This document shows positions 14,633 through 28,413 of a stretch of DNA of 64,000 nucleotides, in pieces. The translations under genes were made by a program, and so were the position numbers. The DNA comes from Vicugna vicugna (taxonomy: Eukaryota). Numbering within the stretch: the first letter of the stretch is position 1; each line of letters starts with the position of its first letter. The stretch lies in the NCBI GenBank assembly GCA_013265495.1, contig MU060667.1:3856366-3920365 (forward strand), read 5' to 3'. The notes under the pieces were generated by a model. The model ran no database searches. It was not told where the DNA came from and saw nothing but the letters and a program-made list of their open reading frames with translations.

Positions 14633-15714
14633 TGGCCACTTTGTATATGATATGGGTTTTATACATCATGGTCTTTTCCTGTAGAAATTGGTGGCAAGTA
14701 GTTCACTTACATTACTTTGGCTTTGCCCATAACCAGAGCTGTGTATCCCTGAAGGGTTTGACCACTTCTTAACTTCCCAGCTTCATCTTAAACCAAGATA
14801 CCCCCGGCTCTTGGAGGATCTGTCTCACTGTCTTTTCTTCAGGGACTTGCTGTGAGTGATCCCCTGTCCTTAAGCTTTCCTCTCTTTTTCCTAAACATGC
14901 TTCGGCTCTCAACTCAAGGATTGTTTCCTTATGAAAATCTTTTCTAATCCTCAGAGTAGATCATATCTCACTGCTATGACTCTCATGGTTTTCTGTACTT
15001 GTCATTTATAGCACAAATCACACTTTCTAAAGACATCCTGTTGTGGTTATCTGATGAATGTCCTTCTCACCTACAAAAGTGTGCGCTGCCTATGTACAAA
15101 GTTCATACCTGCTTTACATCCTGCGTTAAATCCCTTGTAGCAAGTTCTACACTGGCACGTGGAAGCTGACCAATAAATATTATTGAATAAGTGAATAAAA
15201 TGCTAGTCAGCCATGCTCTTTCAACTTACTGAACTGTGGGAAATGTCGAGAAAGTGGAAGACCATAAAAATAAAATAGAACAATTATATCTGACCTTGTG
15301 AGGATTAAACCTATAATCTAGCTCAATTAGCACTAACCACTCAGTTAATATCAAACTCAGTGTCCATAAATGACATATATATTGAAGCATGAATGGCTGA
15401 GGTTGGATATTTTATTATTTACTTGGCTGAACATAATTAATTCATTTAGGATAAATTTGGCTGCACGTAAAACAGCAACAAAATAGCTGCAATTGGCTTA
15501 TAGAAGAGGAAACATGCTACCTTACCCAAAAAAATCGGGAGGCCGGGTGATGCTGTGTTTGGCTAATTAACTTAAGGATATTATCAAGGACAAGTTTTTT
15601 TTTTCCTTAAATTTAAATATATATGTATATTTGACTCAGCATTCCTTACAGTAATGTTCTTTTTCTTTAATATTGTCACCTCATTCCATTACAGGTTGTC
15701 ATGGCTGTTCTTTG

Positions 15715-15820
15715 TACTGTAACAGCAGAGTTGACCAGTTGCAACAGAGACCTCATACCTTGCAAAGACTAAAATATTTACTGTCTGATCTTTTACAGAG
15801 AAAGTTGGTCAACCTTGACT
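15715..15820. mobile_element. MER58-like hAT relic
   Basis: GCAGAGTTGACCAGTTGCAACAGAGACC...GCAAAGACTAAAATATTTACTGTCTG...TTTACAGAGAAAGTTGG. Confidence 0.7.
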
Positions 15821-17883
15821 TAAACTATGAAAAAAAAATGGGGGTACTTCGTTATCCATTACCACATACCCTCTATCTTTCAGCATTGGCATGTGAGTAA
15901 ATGAGGACACAGAGGGTTTGTGTACTTTTGCAATTATATGACAAGTCCTAAGGCAGTTTTCACTTCTGTTTCATTTCAAGGGGCCTCCAGGGTAGTTTTC
16001 TTTAACCCTCCAGATATGATCTAGCCACATGAGAGGGAGGAAAGAAAGGATGAACCAGAAGGAAATAAAACTTTGATCCCCAAAATATCTCGTAGTAAAG
16101 GCCACTCTTCCTCCATAGGATAGTGATATGACTATACGTCCACGAGAACAACATTCTGTCCATGATCCATGTCTAAGCTTCCCTCTTTAAAGACTGAATG
16201 CAGAGAGCAAAGGAGGAAAGAACGGCATTCAGAGATCTCTTAGGAAGTGAGAGGATATGGCTCTATCTGCCTATATGTCTATATCATGTGTTTATACTTC
16301 CCCTAAAATTTATTACCGATGGTTCTAGCTTGGAGAAAAGCTAGAATGCCTACAAATGAAGCAGTGCTTTAAGACAAAAGATTAGGAAAAGGACTACTTC
16401 TGGTTTCATTTGTTCATCATCACAATTCGAAACCTCAGCAGCTATTTTTCCCACCAAATAGTTAACATTCTATTACCGGAAATATTGGACAAAGTACACA
16501 TGGGCAGAATATGTGCTTCTTTAATGTAGTTAGGTACTGTCTCCACATGAAACTGAAATCTGCATGAGAATTGGAATATGAAGTTAATTATCTGGATGTC
16601 TGGTCTACCCCATTGCAGGACATTTGTAAATACTGAGTTGACCAGATATCTAAATGTTTCTTTTATCATATCTATTTATGTAATACCTCTATAGAATTTC
16701 AGTTCTATGTCAAAATTTTATTACATATGCTTTTCTACTTCATTCCCACCCCCTCCAGCAGATGACTAAAATGAAGCTAAAACCTCAGAGATAGTGAAAT
16801 ACGTCACGGAGAGTCCAACAAAAAATAAAATTATAAAATATGCACTATTTTTACTATTTATGGTTAATTGCTTATGAGTACATTACTTATACCTTCTTAA
16901 GTTTAAAATGTGAACCACACTTATACATTTAAATAGATTTTAGTTTTTGCTGTGTGGTCAAGAACAACTTATCATGCACTTTTTTTTTCAATCCACAATT
17001 GAAACATAGTACTGAGTCCTTATTAACTACTTAATAAAATGTTTCTCATCCATGAATTGGTTTTCTTCAACAAACATTCATTTATGCCTGTATTTCAACT
17101 ATGTTTCAATAGTTATTCACAAATACATGTTTCTACCCAGGTTTCTTCAACACTCACATTTACAACTACACACAAAATAATGCATGTGAATATTTCACAG
17201 AATACCAACTCCAATATGCTTTAAACCAAACTTATCATTTCCCTCTGGATTCTTCTAGTTTTCCTGTCTCCTCTAGTATAATGGACAGAACACCAGAACC
17301 ACCCCGCCAAGACAGGGTCCCAGGAGTCCTCTCCAATGCCTCAAATTCCTTAATTTGGCCATCGTATTACCTTTCAATTCTATATCATATTTTCAGTGTA
17401 ACTATTGATATTTAAGTCATTTTTCATTTTTTCTCATTTATACTCTTTGAAGTAGGTACCTGTTTGCACTCTCTGTTTCCAATCACATTCCTTAAGTTCC
17501 CCTCCCTGTTGTCTGACTATTATTGGTTGCTTGCAAGGCAAATTTAATCACCTTATCATCTCCCAAGATACACCATTGCCTTTAAGTCTCTTATGCCTGC
17601 ATTTCCAGGCTCCTCTCCCTCCATTCCTCTTATGCCCTGCCCTGCAGTTATCCGCAGATGTTACAATTCTTGGGGTATGCCATGTTCTCCCACCTACCTG
17701 TGCCTTTGCTTAAGCTCTGTCTTCTCTGCCTCCTTTTCTATCTTTCTCTTTTTATAATCACTGCCTGAACATTTTTACTTTTCCTTAAAAGTCAGCTCAA
17801 ATACCGTCTCCTCTGATAGCCATTTCCTGATCCTCTTGGGACATGTTTCATGATCCTTCTCTACATAAAATCACCACACACTT

Positions 17884-19690
17884 GTAGTTTCTGGATTATC
17901 TCTGGCCATTTCAGCATCCTTGGGACTTCCACTTTTAAGGACTTTCCTGCACAGCAAGGGAGAAATCAGGGACATTATTTCCCAGAATCTCCCCTCTTCC
18001 CAGTTCTGCATTTGAGTTTTTTTCAATAAGAGAAACTCTTTGGAAATTTGGGAGGTACGAAAGAAGAAAGAGCCACTCTTCTCTTAGTACAGTTGTAGTC
18101 AGATGTTTGGAGCAGACGGGAGATTCAGAGGCTTTCTGATGACCTCCTAGGAACGAACACTGCTTCAGACAGTGTTGGTGAGAGTTTTTTTTAGAGATTC
18201 CCAAGAATTATAGCAGCTTTGCAGTAAACTTTAGAGAATGACCTGCTTTTGCATTTTAGGGCTGATCTTCAGTGAGCTTTATCCCGTCTCCATGGAATGG
18301 CTAGGTTCTGTATCAGCTCATGGGGAACTCTGTTTTGCAGAATTCTCTCCTCTGTTGATGAAGTGGCCTCAAGAGAAATTTGATGAGATTTGTAAAGTGA
18401 AATGAAGCAGCATTCACGAATGTTCTTTACGGGTCAGTGTTTTTAACAGCTTGTGCTGTGAAGGGTCCACTATTTCACTTCATGGATGGGAAGCAGCAGC
18501 CCAGTGTATGGCTCACAGCTTCTCCAGGTTAGCTGCTCTGACTCCACTCACAGTTGTACTTTTAGCTCTGGATGAAGGTCACCAGCTTCTATGTCAGGTG
18601 GCTCATTTTATAGACTCAAAGGTGAGAGGCCATGAGAGGTCCACATAGGTTACAGCTCAACCTCTTGGGTTACAATTTGCCCTTATGCATTTCAGTTTGT
18701 TCTTGCTTCCTTCCATCTCCACATCCATCCTTCCTTCTTGACTACCTGCCCTCTTGATTTCAGCCTAGAACCTGACACAGAAGGAACAGTTGGACATAAA
18801 CTGGTTAGCCAGCTCCCACATGGTGAAAGTGTTACTGAAAAATCAGCCTCTGTACCCCAAAAATGAATCTGAACTCAGAGACAGAGTTCTTGAGAGCAAA
18901 AGAAAAGATCAGCTTTATTGCTTTGCCAAGCAAAGGGGACCACAGCAGGCTAACACCTCAAAGACTGTGAACCCATCTTGGGGTTGGGGCTTGGTGATTA
19001 TATAGACAAACGGGTTGGAACATAAAGGTGATAACAATCAACAAGTTCTCTGGTGAAACTTTCTTCTGAATCTTGATGAGTCTGTCTGGCATCATGGGAC
19101 CTTCTGGTGGTCTGGAAGGTCATTAGCCCCTGACCTTCTTTATCTGGTCAGACTCCTTTGGAGCCACGGAGAAACCCTGGAGGGTCTGGTCCTTCTCCTG
19201 AGGTTATGGTTCCATGACTCCTTCCCTGAAACATAGCTTCTGGGTTAAGGGACAAGTCATTTAGGGCAAGGTGCAATCATGGGGTTGGGGTTGCTAAGCA
19301 CATAGTCAGTTAAGTAGGTAAAACTGTGATGGGGCTATAGGAGAGCAAGAGGAAAACCAAGTCACAGTGAATCATGCAGAGGGAACTACCAAGCAGTCTT
19401 AGCGTTAGGGAAGCCATTTTGTCTTTGGGTTTTTCACTCTTTCAGAAGGTCATACCTTGTAATGAAGTTCTTGTTCTGTACCCCGACTAGTGGTTCTGCT
19501 TCTCTGATGAAACCCTGACTGATACATTCCCTGGTCTTCAATGGCAACTTCTCTCACCCTAATCTCCTCAGCTCTTCCAGCAGCCACGTATGTCCATGCT
19601 TCCTGTATTAAATCCTTTCTATCTGGAATTCACAGAGTGACTTCTTTTTTTTTAATTTTTTATTTTTCCTTAATCCCAATTAACAGATTA
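17884..19690 (+). mobile_element. Old ERVL-type LTR(s) (LTR33/LTR16/LTR41-like), probably one nested in another (inner ~18309-19526)
   Basis: Typical ERVL LTR 3' ends: TGGTTCTGCTTCTCTGATGAAACCCTGACTGATACA (to 19526) and ATTAAATCCTTTCT...AGAGTGACTTC (~19607-19645). Boundaries approximate. Confidence 0.55.
18830..19444 (-). mobile_element. ERV1-class solo LTR nested in an older ERVL LTR
   Basis: TG...CA ends, flanks AAAG/GAAG, reverse poly(A) signal TTTATT ~18914, R region shared with LTRs at 7214, 28414 and 43723. Confidence 0.85.
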
Positions 19691-20764
19691 TATCAGTGCT
19701 TGTATTATTCAGTGGATCCCTAAAGATCAGTGTAATTAAAATTTTGTTCATATGAAATAAAAAGGACTTAACTAATATAAGTATGTGATAGTTATCATTC
19801 CTGGTTATAAAAATTGGAGATAATAATTTGTTTTGTATTTGTAACTTTGGTGTCTAGTATAGCCCCTAACACATAGAATGCAGTGAACAAATGTTTTAAA
19901 AATGAAATAATAAACTGATGGTCTATAATGAAGAGAAAATACATCATTCACCTCTAATAAGTAAAGAAAATGAAGGAAAGTAAACACTCTTCTTGCTCAT
20001 AAAAATGTCAGAATCCATGTGAGAAAATACAGATGAAAGAACGTACAATATCTACAATGCAATTAAACATATGCAATTAAATAATAAATTATGCCTGGGC
20101 ACCTATCCAACTTGCTATAGAGGGAATTTCAGAATTGAGTTAGTGATTAAAAGTAGCAAAATAAACATTATGAAGTATATAAAAGTAAGATTATCTCACC
20201 CCAATTTGGTGGCCCCTCCTGTAAATAACTTTAGTTCTACCTATTCCAAGTCAAATTCTGAGAATTCACCCCACTGCATTTAAAGGAGAAATTAAAACAA
20301 AGGGCTAGAATTTGGTAGATTACAGATAAAAGAAAACCACTCCACAATGCACTGGTAAGTAATGTAGAAATTTATTGAAGATTTGTTGGGTTGACACAGG
20401 AGATGTACAAACCATTATCCTAAATTTATCTTAAATCTAGATGTTTAATTCATTTTTTATTTGGGCCAAAATCCCTCCTCATGAGTCAGTCCCCTCATTT
20501 CTTTCCATCATCTATCTTCACTGCCTCTAATGTTCCCCATGTTGACCTCAGATCTCTCTCTAGCCATGCCTATCACATCCAGCACTCTAAAAACCTATTA
20601 TGAGAAAGCAACAAAGTGAGAAAAAGTGGAATAAATTTCTCCCTCAGGACCTCTCCTCTCCCCAAAGGGAATATCAAATTAATCCTCCCAACAAAGTAGA
20701 TATTTATCTCATATCATTACATATATTGCTCTTTCTGTCAAACTGCATGAATTAAGGAAAGAGT

Positions 20765-21307
20765 TGGTAGCGAAGCAAAATTTGCCATCTGAAAATGTCT
20801 CTTTGACATGCAGATTCTTTTGAGTTGAAACCAATCAAGGTCCAAAAGACTCAGAAATTAACTTTGACCTTCACCTTAACAGCCTAAAGGATGCAGACAG
20901 AGGACCTGTTCCAGGAAGGGAGATATCACCATGGAGAACTGTAGTATGAACAGGGAGGATCCTAGCAAAGTCTGTCTGTTAAAATTTCTCTGGGTCCCAT
21001 TGTCTCTGCCTGGCTCAGCAAACATTCGTTTACCAAACATTTGCTTTTCTATCTCCATGTCTATAGCCTTCCTCTCCTGTGAAGTCCCATCCACTACCCA
21101 CAAACTCATCTTTTGTATTTAGCTGAAGATGATATTTAAAGGGAAGGTTTCAGCCATTTTGGCAAGTTACTCAGTCCTCCAGGAGGATTCCCTCAGGTTA
21201 TCAAACTTTTGTTTGATTTCCTCCTGTTAATCTGGCTCATCTCAATATAATCCTTGGACCTGCCAGAATGACCTAGAAGGTAGAGGAAAATTTCTTCTTC
21301 CCTGACA
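20765..21307 (+). mobile_element. MER34/MER39-like ERV1 solo LTR
   Basis: Starts ...GAAGCAAAATTTGCCATCTGAAAATGTCTCTTTGACATG, ends CCTAGAAGGTAGAGGAAAATTTCTTCTTCCCTGACA, a characteristic MER34-group layout. Confidence 0.75.
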
Positions 21308-23620
21308 AGTAAAACAGATATGATTAGAATATATCCTTCTTGGGTAAATGACATCCATCAGTATCACTCCATTATCAATCTATAGTCTTGACTGGATAGG
21401 TCAAATAGATGGAGAAGATTAATGTTCTCCTGTGGTCCTTAGCTATATAATGGCTCCTTTATTTGTCTATGTGTACAATCAATTTCACAAGTATCACAGC
21501 ACATACACACATGTGACACATATGCAACGTTTTCCTCTTGTAATATGCATCTTAATTAATATAAAAAAAGGAAAAACTTATATCCAAAGTTTATTTGTAC
21601 ATATATAATTATATGAATGATTCAATGAAGAATTAGTTAAAGAATCCACTTAGTTCCTGGAGTTATGAGTTTGTGTTTTAGATAGAGTACAAAATAGGAT
21701 TAATAGCTAAAATAAAGAGTGATTTCAAAAAAAAAAAAAGTAGTTTCTTAAGAACTGTTTGGTTGTAATCATTCCCCTGAAGTTTGTAACTAGGTATCTG
21801 TCACCATAAGAGACTGAAAATAAAGTGAAAATTTTCAAAAACGTTGTCCACAAATTTTGCATCTTAAAGGCAATATACATAAATCAAACTGAATTTTTCT
21901 GATTCCACTGACATTTGACATATAATCAAATAGCATTTGTATGTGGGTGTTAGATATCTTTATAAAATCCCATGAGAAAGCATTGATAAGTTTAGTTACA
22001 GGAACACTTTGTTCCTTGGAATCTAATAATCGTGATTAAAAATACAAAGCACTTTACACATTAAACTTTAAAACAATCTGTACTCCATTCACTATAACAT
22101 ATTCAGTACATTTTGTATTTAGTTGCATGATTTTTCTTCCCAAGGTACATATAGTCTGATTTATTTTTAAACCAATTCTACTGAAGGAATGTGATGGATT
22201 ATTTTAGCTTTTGTAATCAACATGCTTTGTCATATTATCTTCTAAATGGCTGTGGTTATTTTTCTTAAGCCATTGTGAAACACGCGACTATTTTGTAGTT
22301 TTGTCCTGACCCCGTAAAATCAGTGTAAGTGTAACTGGATGCTATGCCATTTCAACAGACTGTGTTAGATCTCCACGGCTTAAATAAAAGACAATAATAC
22401 CTCAATCATTCAAAGCTTAACATTATAAAGTTTTAAACATGCTAAATTTTAAATCAAACATTTTAGAGATTTTTAGTACAGGTCAATGAATCCGGCAAGT
22501 CTTCGCTCACGATCATCAATACAACAATCTGCTTACAGACAGTAAGAGGGCATCTTGCCCTGCGAATCTATCATACTGTCCGCTGAAAATCTCTTTAAAG
22601 CAGTCCTATTCTATTGCTCCTCTTCTTTCTCCTAAGCCAAACAATTTTCTAATTGTATTTTTTTGTTGAGTGTCAGTACAGTAGATCCTCTTCGTCCCAT
22701 TCAGCATCCTTAATTTCTCCCTAACTTTCTACTCACTTGGATTCCACACAATTGCTCACGCCACTCTCTCTTAGGATCTCTCTTCTTCTTAAGGTGAGCA
22801 TCTCTTTCAATGCTTAGCTCAAAACTCATTTGTCTTAAGACTTGCAACTCTGCTAGAGAGAAACTTGGAAGTCATGCTACCTTAGGAAATAGAGAAAAGG
22901 AATTTTTCCATTAGTTTAATATATGTCTGCACACCTGCTTCCGTATTCGGCTGCAGCGAGGCATTTAGGACTGTGGTTAATAATGGCAAGTAGTCTCCAG
23001 TGGGTGTTATTTATACGGTCACTGGCAAGTAAGATTTGTCTTTTAACTCAATTATATTGATTTCTTCTTGGATTGTCTTTTTATGTACAACAACATTGTA
23101 GGGGCGGTTCAAACTGGTCTTTAAAATATTATTTTCACTGATATTTTATTTAAACAATAACATCATCAATTACCTTGCTCTCTTCCAAGAAACTGAATGC
23201 AATATAATCAAGTCTAGCTGGAACTATAAATATGGAACATGTTGGCCAAGCCTGCATAATTTTTTAAAGAATACTTTATGCCAGTTTTTTGGTACCTTCT
23301 ACTTTCTTAAGCAAAGAATAAGACTATAAATTCATCAAATATAAAAAGGGATGACGGTCATGGATAAATGCTAAATAGTGTCATTAAATGTCACTTAAAT
23401 TTTAAAATATACAGTTAAAATTAGCTAAAGAGGGTAATAAAGGCATTAAATAATGTGGATACTCTCTGTAGTTTGTCAAACAGTTTTTCTCTTCTCTTTT
23501 TTTTTTCTGAAAATATCAAGATAATCCATACCAAAAAGGAGCTACTCCTGTATAATTATTTTACTTTTTTTCCATTTGTTTTTACCTATTTTATCCTTAA
23601 AGTTTCAAATCAGTGGCAGC

Positions 23621-24159
23621 TGTCAGGGAGGGGGAAACTTTCCCCACCACCCATCTTGAGTCCTTGTGTCTGGACTAATAATAAGATTGACACAAGACAG
23701 AGTAAAGACAGAAAAAGAAACACATTTAATTTATGCATACAAAGGTCTCACAAAAATAGCACCTAAGAAGTGGCTAAAGCAGGCAGCTTTTATGCTTTTT
23801 AGACAAAGATTAAATTTGAGAGGAATTGACAAGACAAAGAAATTTAGGTTGGGTGCTTAATTAGTATGGAATTTGAGCAAAGTTTGGTCTTAGGGTAGTA
23901 AATTAGTAAAGAAGGAACAAAGTGTGTTGATACAGGCTTCCTGGCCCTTAATTCCCCATCTCTGGTGTTAAGGATGTTTTTCTGCCTCCTGGAACGGGGA
24001 GCGCATCTGTCACATGAAAGATTTATTTCCTGCTTTCAGGGAGACAGAGAGGAGGGTAAGTGTTCCTCTCTCATTGGTTGTTTCTTAAGTAGCTTTATTT
24101 CAAAGTAATCAATATGCCATTGAGGCAAATTTAGGGGCAGCTTGCCCTGGGCCTCGACA
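23621..24159 (-). mobile_element. MER34-like ERV1 3' LTR of a truncated provirus
   Basis: TG...CA ends; on the minus strand it is immediately preceded by the polypurine tract AGAGGAGGAAAC (24160-24171). Confidence 0.8.
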
Positions 24160-25622
24160 GTTTCCTCCTCTGAAAATTCCCCGGAAGCTTCACATATTGG
24201 AAGTTGAGCTGGTAGATTGTTCCATTGAACCAGACTCTTAGTCTAGACAACAGTTCAGTTAATTTAAACTCATTTCAGGGTATAGTGGGCTCCAAAAGTT
24301 ACGCCTATGGTGCAAGCAATCAGGAATTTAACACGAGACCTTTCTAAGGAGACAGATGAACAAACAAAATGGTTAATAACTGAAGCGAATTATAAACCAG
24401 TTTTTGAGTTCTGAGGGTAGCCAATTGAGAAGATATCCAGATACCAGGTTTGAGAAAGTCTTGATAGTTCGAATGTCTCTGATGATGTCATCAGATGTTC
24501 ACATGAACTTTCTCAGTGGCCTGTTCAGCAACAAGCATAAAGATTGTCTAAACATGACCTGTCGTGGTGATTTCTCTGAAGTTTATGTCAAGTCATGTAG
24601 CTTTAGTTTGTAGGGCTTCTGGAAAAAGGACAGGTTTAGCTCTCAATGATTGCAAGTCAAAATATCCCCTGTCAGTCCCTGGCTTTGAGTAGCTCACGCA
24701 AAGAAAAAGATCTCCTGGGGCCATCGTGTTCCTAGGGAACTCCAGTGCAGAACGTACCCAGGGCTTTTGTTTATTTATTTATTTATTTGGAGTTGTTTCT
24801 TTTCAGAGCGTGGACAGCTCCAAGAAAATTCATTATCAAGAGCCCCCTCGAAGCAGTCTGAGCCAGAACAGAAGACTGGAGGCTACGCAGACAAACCAAA
24901 GAGCATCCAGAAGTTACTTTTGCTTCATTTTAACATTGAAATCTCCTCCCCAAATGGAGCTTAAGCCCCATGAACATAATGTGATATATAAAGAAACACG
25001 TTCCCAAACTGAGCTTGTGTGAGATTATGCCCACCTGTACATAAAATGACAAACCTTTCCTGTAAATATTCAGCCCCTGCCCTAATAAAAGAACTGGCTT
25101 TTCCTGGCTCTGGGAACCATGTCTTTAGGAAATGGCCCCCTGTGGTCTCCTTATTTGCTGCAAATAAAAACTTTGCTTTGTGTGACAGCTACTCTTGGTG
25201 TTATCTCTGATTAAAAACTTACCAAGAAGCGAACCCCTTTTGGTCAAGTAACAAAAAGGGTGGAAGAAAACTAAAAGGTCTGTCTGGAGAGTTTTAGCTA
25301 GATGCTGGAAGAAACTAGAAATATTCAGGATCCAGTCTGCTTCTTAGAAAAATAACAAAAACTCAAAGACAATTAATAGAACTAGAATGTGCTATCTACA
25401 CGTGTGTATTAGAGTGGTTTCTGCTGAAACATAATTTTTCTGCGTACAATTATACCCATTTTTACCAAAGACAGCAAGACTAATTTGTCTGTAAAATAAG
25501 TCTAGATGTAAAACTTGGCTTGGTTATTTACGTAAACACAGCAAGACGTGATTGATCATACAGGCACTTTTGAAATCTACTTTGCTGGAACTTTTTATAA
25601 GGAATCTCTAAACTGAACTTTT
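24160..25622 (-). mobile_element. ERV1 (MER4/MER34-group) internal 3' non-coding region, interrupted by a nested LTR
   Basis: PPT abuts the LTR; sequence reads continuously across the insertion (TGCAAGTCAAAA|AAAAGGGTGGAAGAAAA); no intact gag/pol/env ORF. Confidence 0.65.
24663..25253 (+). mobile_element. ERV1 solo LTR inserted in ERV internal sequence, opposite orientation
   Basis: AAAA TSD on both sides, ends GTAACA, AATAAA ~25163, 5' TG apparently mutated to TA. Confidence 0.75.
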
Positions 25623-25813
25623 CGTAGGAGAGTTTATTTATTCAGACAACAATGATATTCAATAATAGTCTGTGGGCAGTGATTATGGTAAGAAGCTCTG
25701 TAGAGAAATAAAGAGGGAAGTTGTCAACATTTGTTGTGAGTCCTTTATTTGTCAAGCATTTGCAAGACATTAAGGGTACGGAGAATCACAATATAAAATT
25801 TTATTACTCAAAA

Positions 25814-26380
25814 TGTAAGCCCACTTTAATTCCTTCACTAACACTCCATCCACCCAGCCTCACTCTTAGAGGATAAGTAACCTCAGGGCGCCTCTCTCAG
25901 TCTCTCCCTGTATGATCAGGCCACCCAAGGTGGCTGCTCTCCTGCTCTCTGTGCATCCCCTGCTCTGCCCGTCCCTGCCTCACCCACACTCTACTCATGT
26001 GACTCACCTACCCTCTTCATCATAGAGCCTAATCCATAAATGCCTATATACCTGCTCCTGACCCCAGCTAGTGATTGTTCTAATCTTTAGATCAGAACTG
26101 TCTCTACTGTGATAGTTTATCAAAGGGGTGTGCCACTCTGTTGGTTTCCCTGATAACCAATGAACCAATTTGACACTAATTCTCCCTCTGGGAGCAAAGA
26201 CTGCTGCCATGCCCTGCTTGCTGTCTTCTGCACATGGTGGGGTGTCGCTCCAGAACCTTGCTTCAGGCATTTAAGGGTCCCTTGTCCATTAAACCATTGA
26301 TGTTTCTGTCACTGACTCTGGGCTCTTCCTTCCATCTTGAGGCTGGGGCAAGTCACAGGCCTGTAGGCTGCAGCCCAACA
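25814..26380 (+). mobile_element. ERV solo LTR (5' boundary uncertain)
   Basis: TATA-like CCTATATA ~26043, ATTAAA ~26288, U5-like end GGCTGCAGCCCAACA; TSD not resolved. Confidence 0.6.
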
Positions 26381-26640
26381 CTCTCTCTCTCTCCCTTTCT
26401 CTCCATACACATAATTGATTAATGGTATTTACACATATATATGTAAATACTATATATTCCATTTATACCGTATGTTCTATTAATCACAAACTCTCTTAAG
26501 CTCTAACCCATTTGTATCTACAATAATCCTCTTCCTGCTTCTCTTTTTAGTTATAATACAGAGAGTGGTCATTTTATTCATCGATGGACAATGTGCCCAT
26601 TTCTCCATTTCATTTCTACCTCCTCTCACCTTTCAGAAAT

Positions 26641-27197
26641 TGAAACAGCAGGACCCGGTAGGGTACTCCCTGGTACAAATCCTTTCTTTGTTCCCTGTCT
26701 CTTATTTCTAGGAAATAGGCTTCATTCAGCCTCCTTGACCTTCCCTGAGTTCCAAAGGACAGATTCAAACAGTTGCTAATCAGAGAAGGGGGGGAGTGCA
26801 GACACAAGGGAGAAACAGTCAAGAAACAATAGCACAGCCTTGGGGCAGGTCCTGCTTCCTCCTCAAGGAGTAGACATAACAATATCTCCGAGTTCTTCGG
26901 CAGGAATTAAGACCCTATCAAGGTGGAGGATGGCAACTTTAGCCTGAACACAAGATTCCTGGAGCACCGCCCTGTTACCTCACCACCAACCAATCAGAAA
27001 AAGTCACACACCCTGCAGCCCTCACCCCAAATCTTGCTTATAAATACTTTTCCCCCAGAACCATCAGTGAGTCAGGTTTCACTACCATGAGGTGCCTGTC
27101 CTCCTTGCTTGGCCCTACAGTAAACCCTTCTCAGCTCCAAACTCCAACATTTCAGTTGTTTTGGCCTCATTGGGCACACAAATTTTGTTCCCTAACA
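26641..27197 (+). mobile_element. ERV1 solo LTR (same family as 29902-30453)
   Basis: TG...CA, flanks AAAT/AAAC, CCAAT ~26990, TATAAA ~27039, AGTAAA ~27119; long homology to the 29902 copy. Confidence 0.88.
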
Positions 27198-27879
27198 AAA
27201 CCAAAACCTTGCAATGCTGAGTATGCCTTCTTTCTTCTTTATGTGTTAACATTTTCCTCTTTTACAATATCCTTACTATACAAATGTATGTAAGCTTTCT
27301 GATATTAAACAAACACAATTTTGAAAACCTTCTAAAACTTCCCTTGACCTCCCGACTTCCGATCCTTCTAGAATTCTCTCTCATCCACTTCACAGCCAAA
27401 TTACTTGTAAAAAGTGTTTACACCAGCTAACTCCATTTCCTTGTTTCTTAGCTCTCCTCTCTCCACTCCAGTCTGACTTCTGCCCCACGTCTCATTCTAA
27501 ACAGCTCGCCTTCAGAACTTCAATGTTGTGGAAGTCAGTGATTATTTTTATCCCTCATCTCTCGCTTGAATCTCTTTTTTGAGATTCGGAAGCATAATTG
27601 CAATGCCATACTTGACATTTGCTTGTGAATTCTTAATGGCAACTCATTTATAGGATGTCCAAAAAGCAACTCATAATCTTCCTGCTCTAAATCCAGTCCT
27701 CTTCTGCTCTTTCTGTCCTCAAAAGGGACAATTTCCAAAGTAGCCTGGAGTCATTTCTGATAATTCCCCTTGTCTCACCCACCATATTCTATCTAAGCCA
27801 AGTTATCTTTATTCATTTCATTTGTTCCCCTTCAATGCTTGTATTCCCCCTCATCGCCATCTGTACCTATGCCAGTTTT

Positions 27880-28311
27880 CTAGACTATAGAGGACACCTG
27901 CATTCCTTGGCTCATGACCCAGTTCTTCATCTTCAAAATCACCAGCATAGCATCTTCTCATTCCTCTCTCTCTGATTATGAGCTTCCTATCTTCCTCTTA
28001 CAAAAACTCATATGATTACATTGGGCCCCAAAATAACTCACAATAATTTTCCCATTTCAAGATTATTAATTTATAGGGGAGAATATAGCTCAGTTGTAGA
28101 GCACATACTTAGCATGCACAAAGTCCTGGGTTCAATCCCCAGTACCTATATGTATATATATATACACACACACACTAATAAAAACATTTTTTAAAGAGTA
28201 TTTACTTAATCACATTTACAAATTTTCTTTTACATGTCAGGTAACATATTTACAGGTTCTTGGAGACTAAGACATGGACATTTTAAGTGGGGAATTACTC
28301 AGCCTACCACA
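27880..28311 (-). mobile_element. MLT1 (MaLR) LTR fragment interrupted by a SINE
   Basis: GATTACATTGGGCCC...TAATCACATTTACAA...GGTAACATATTTACAGGTTCT...GACATGGACAT...CAGCCTACCACA is the reverse MLT1 5' half. Confidence 0.8.
28076..28192 (+). mobile_element. tRNA-derived camelid-type SINE with (TA)n(CA)n tail
   Basis: A-box TAGCTCAGTTGTAGAG, B-box GGTTCAATCCC; degenerate TSD AAGATTATTAATTTA/AAGAGTATTTACTTA. Confidence 0.9.
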
Positions 28312-28413
28312 GCCCATCTAGTACAAATCAGTGTTATCTTCTGCCTGGGCAATGGAAGCCAATCTCTTAACTTACAGTCTTTCTTTATTCATCTCCAACA
28401 TCAATTCTGATCT

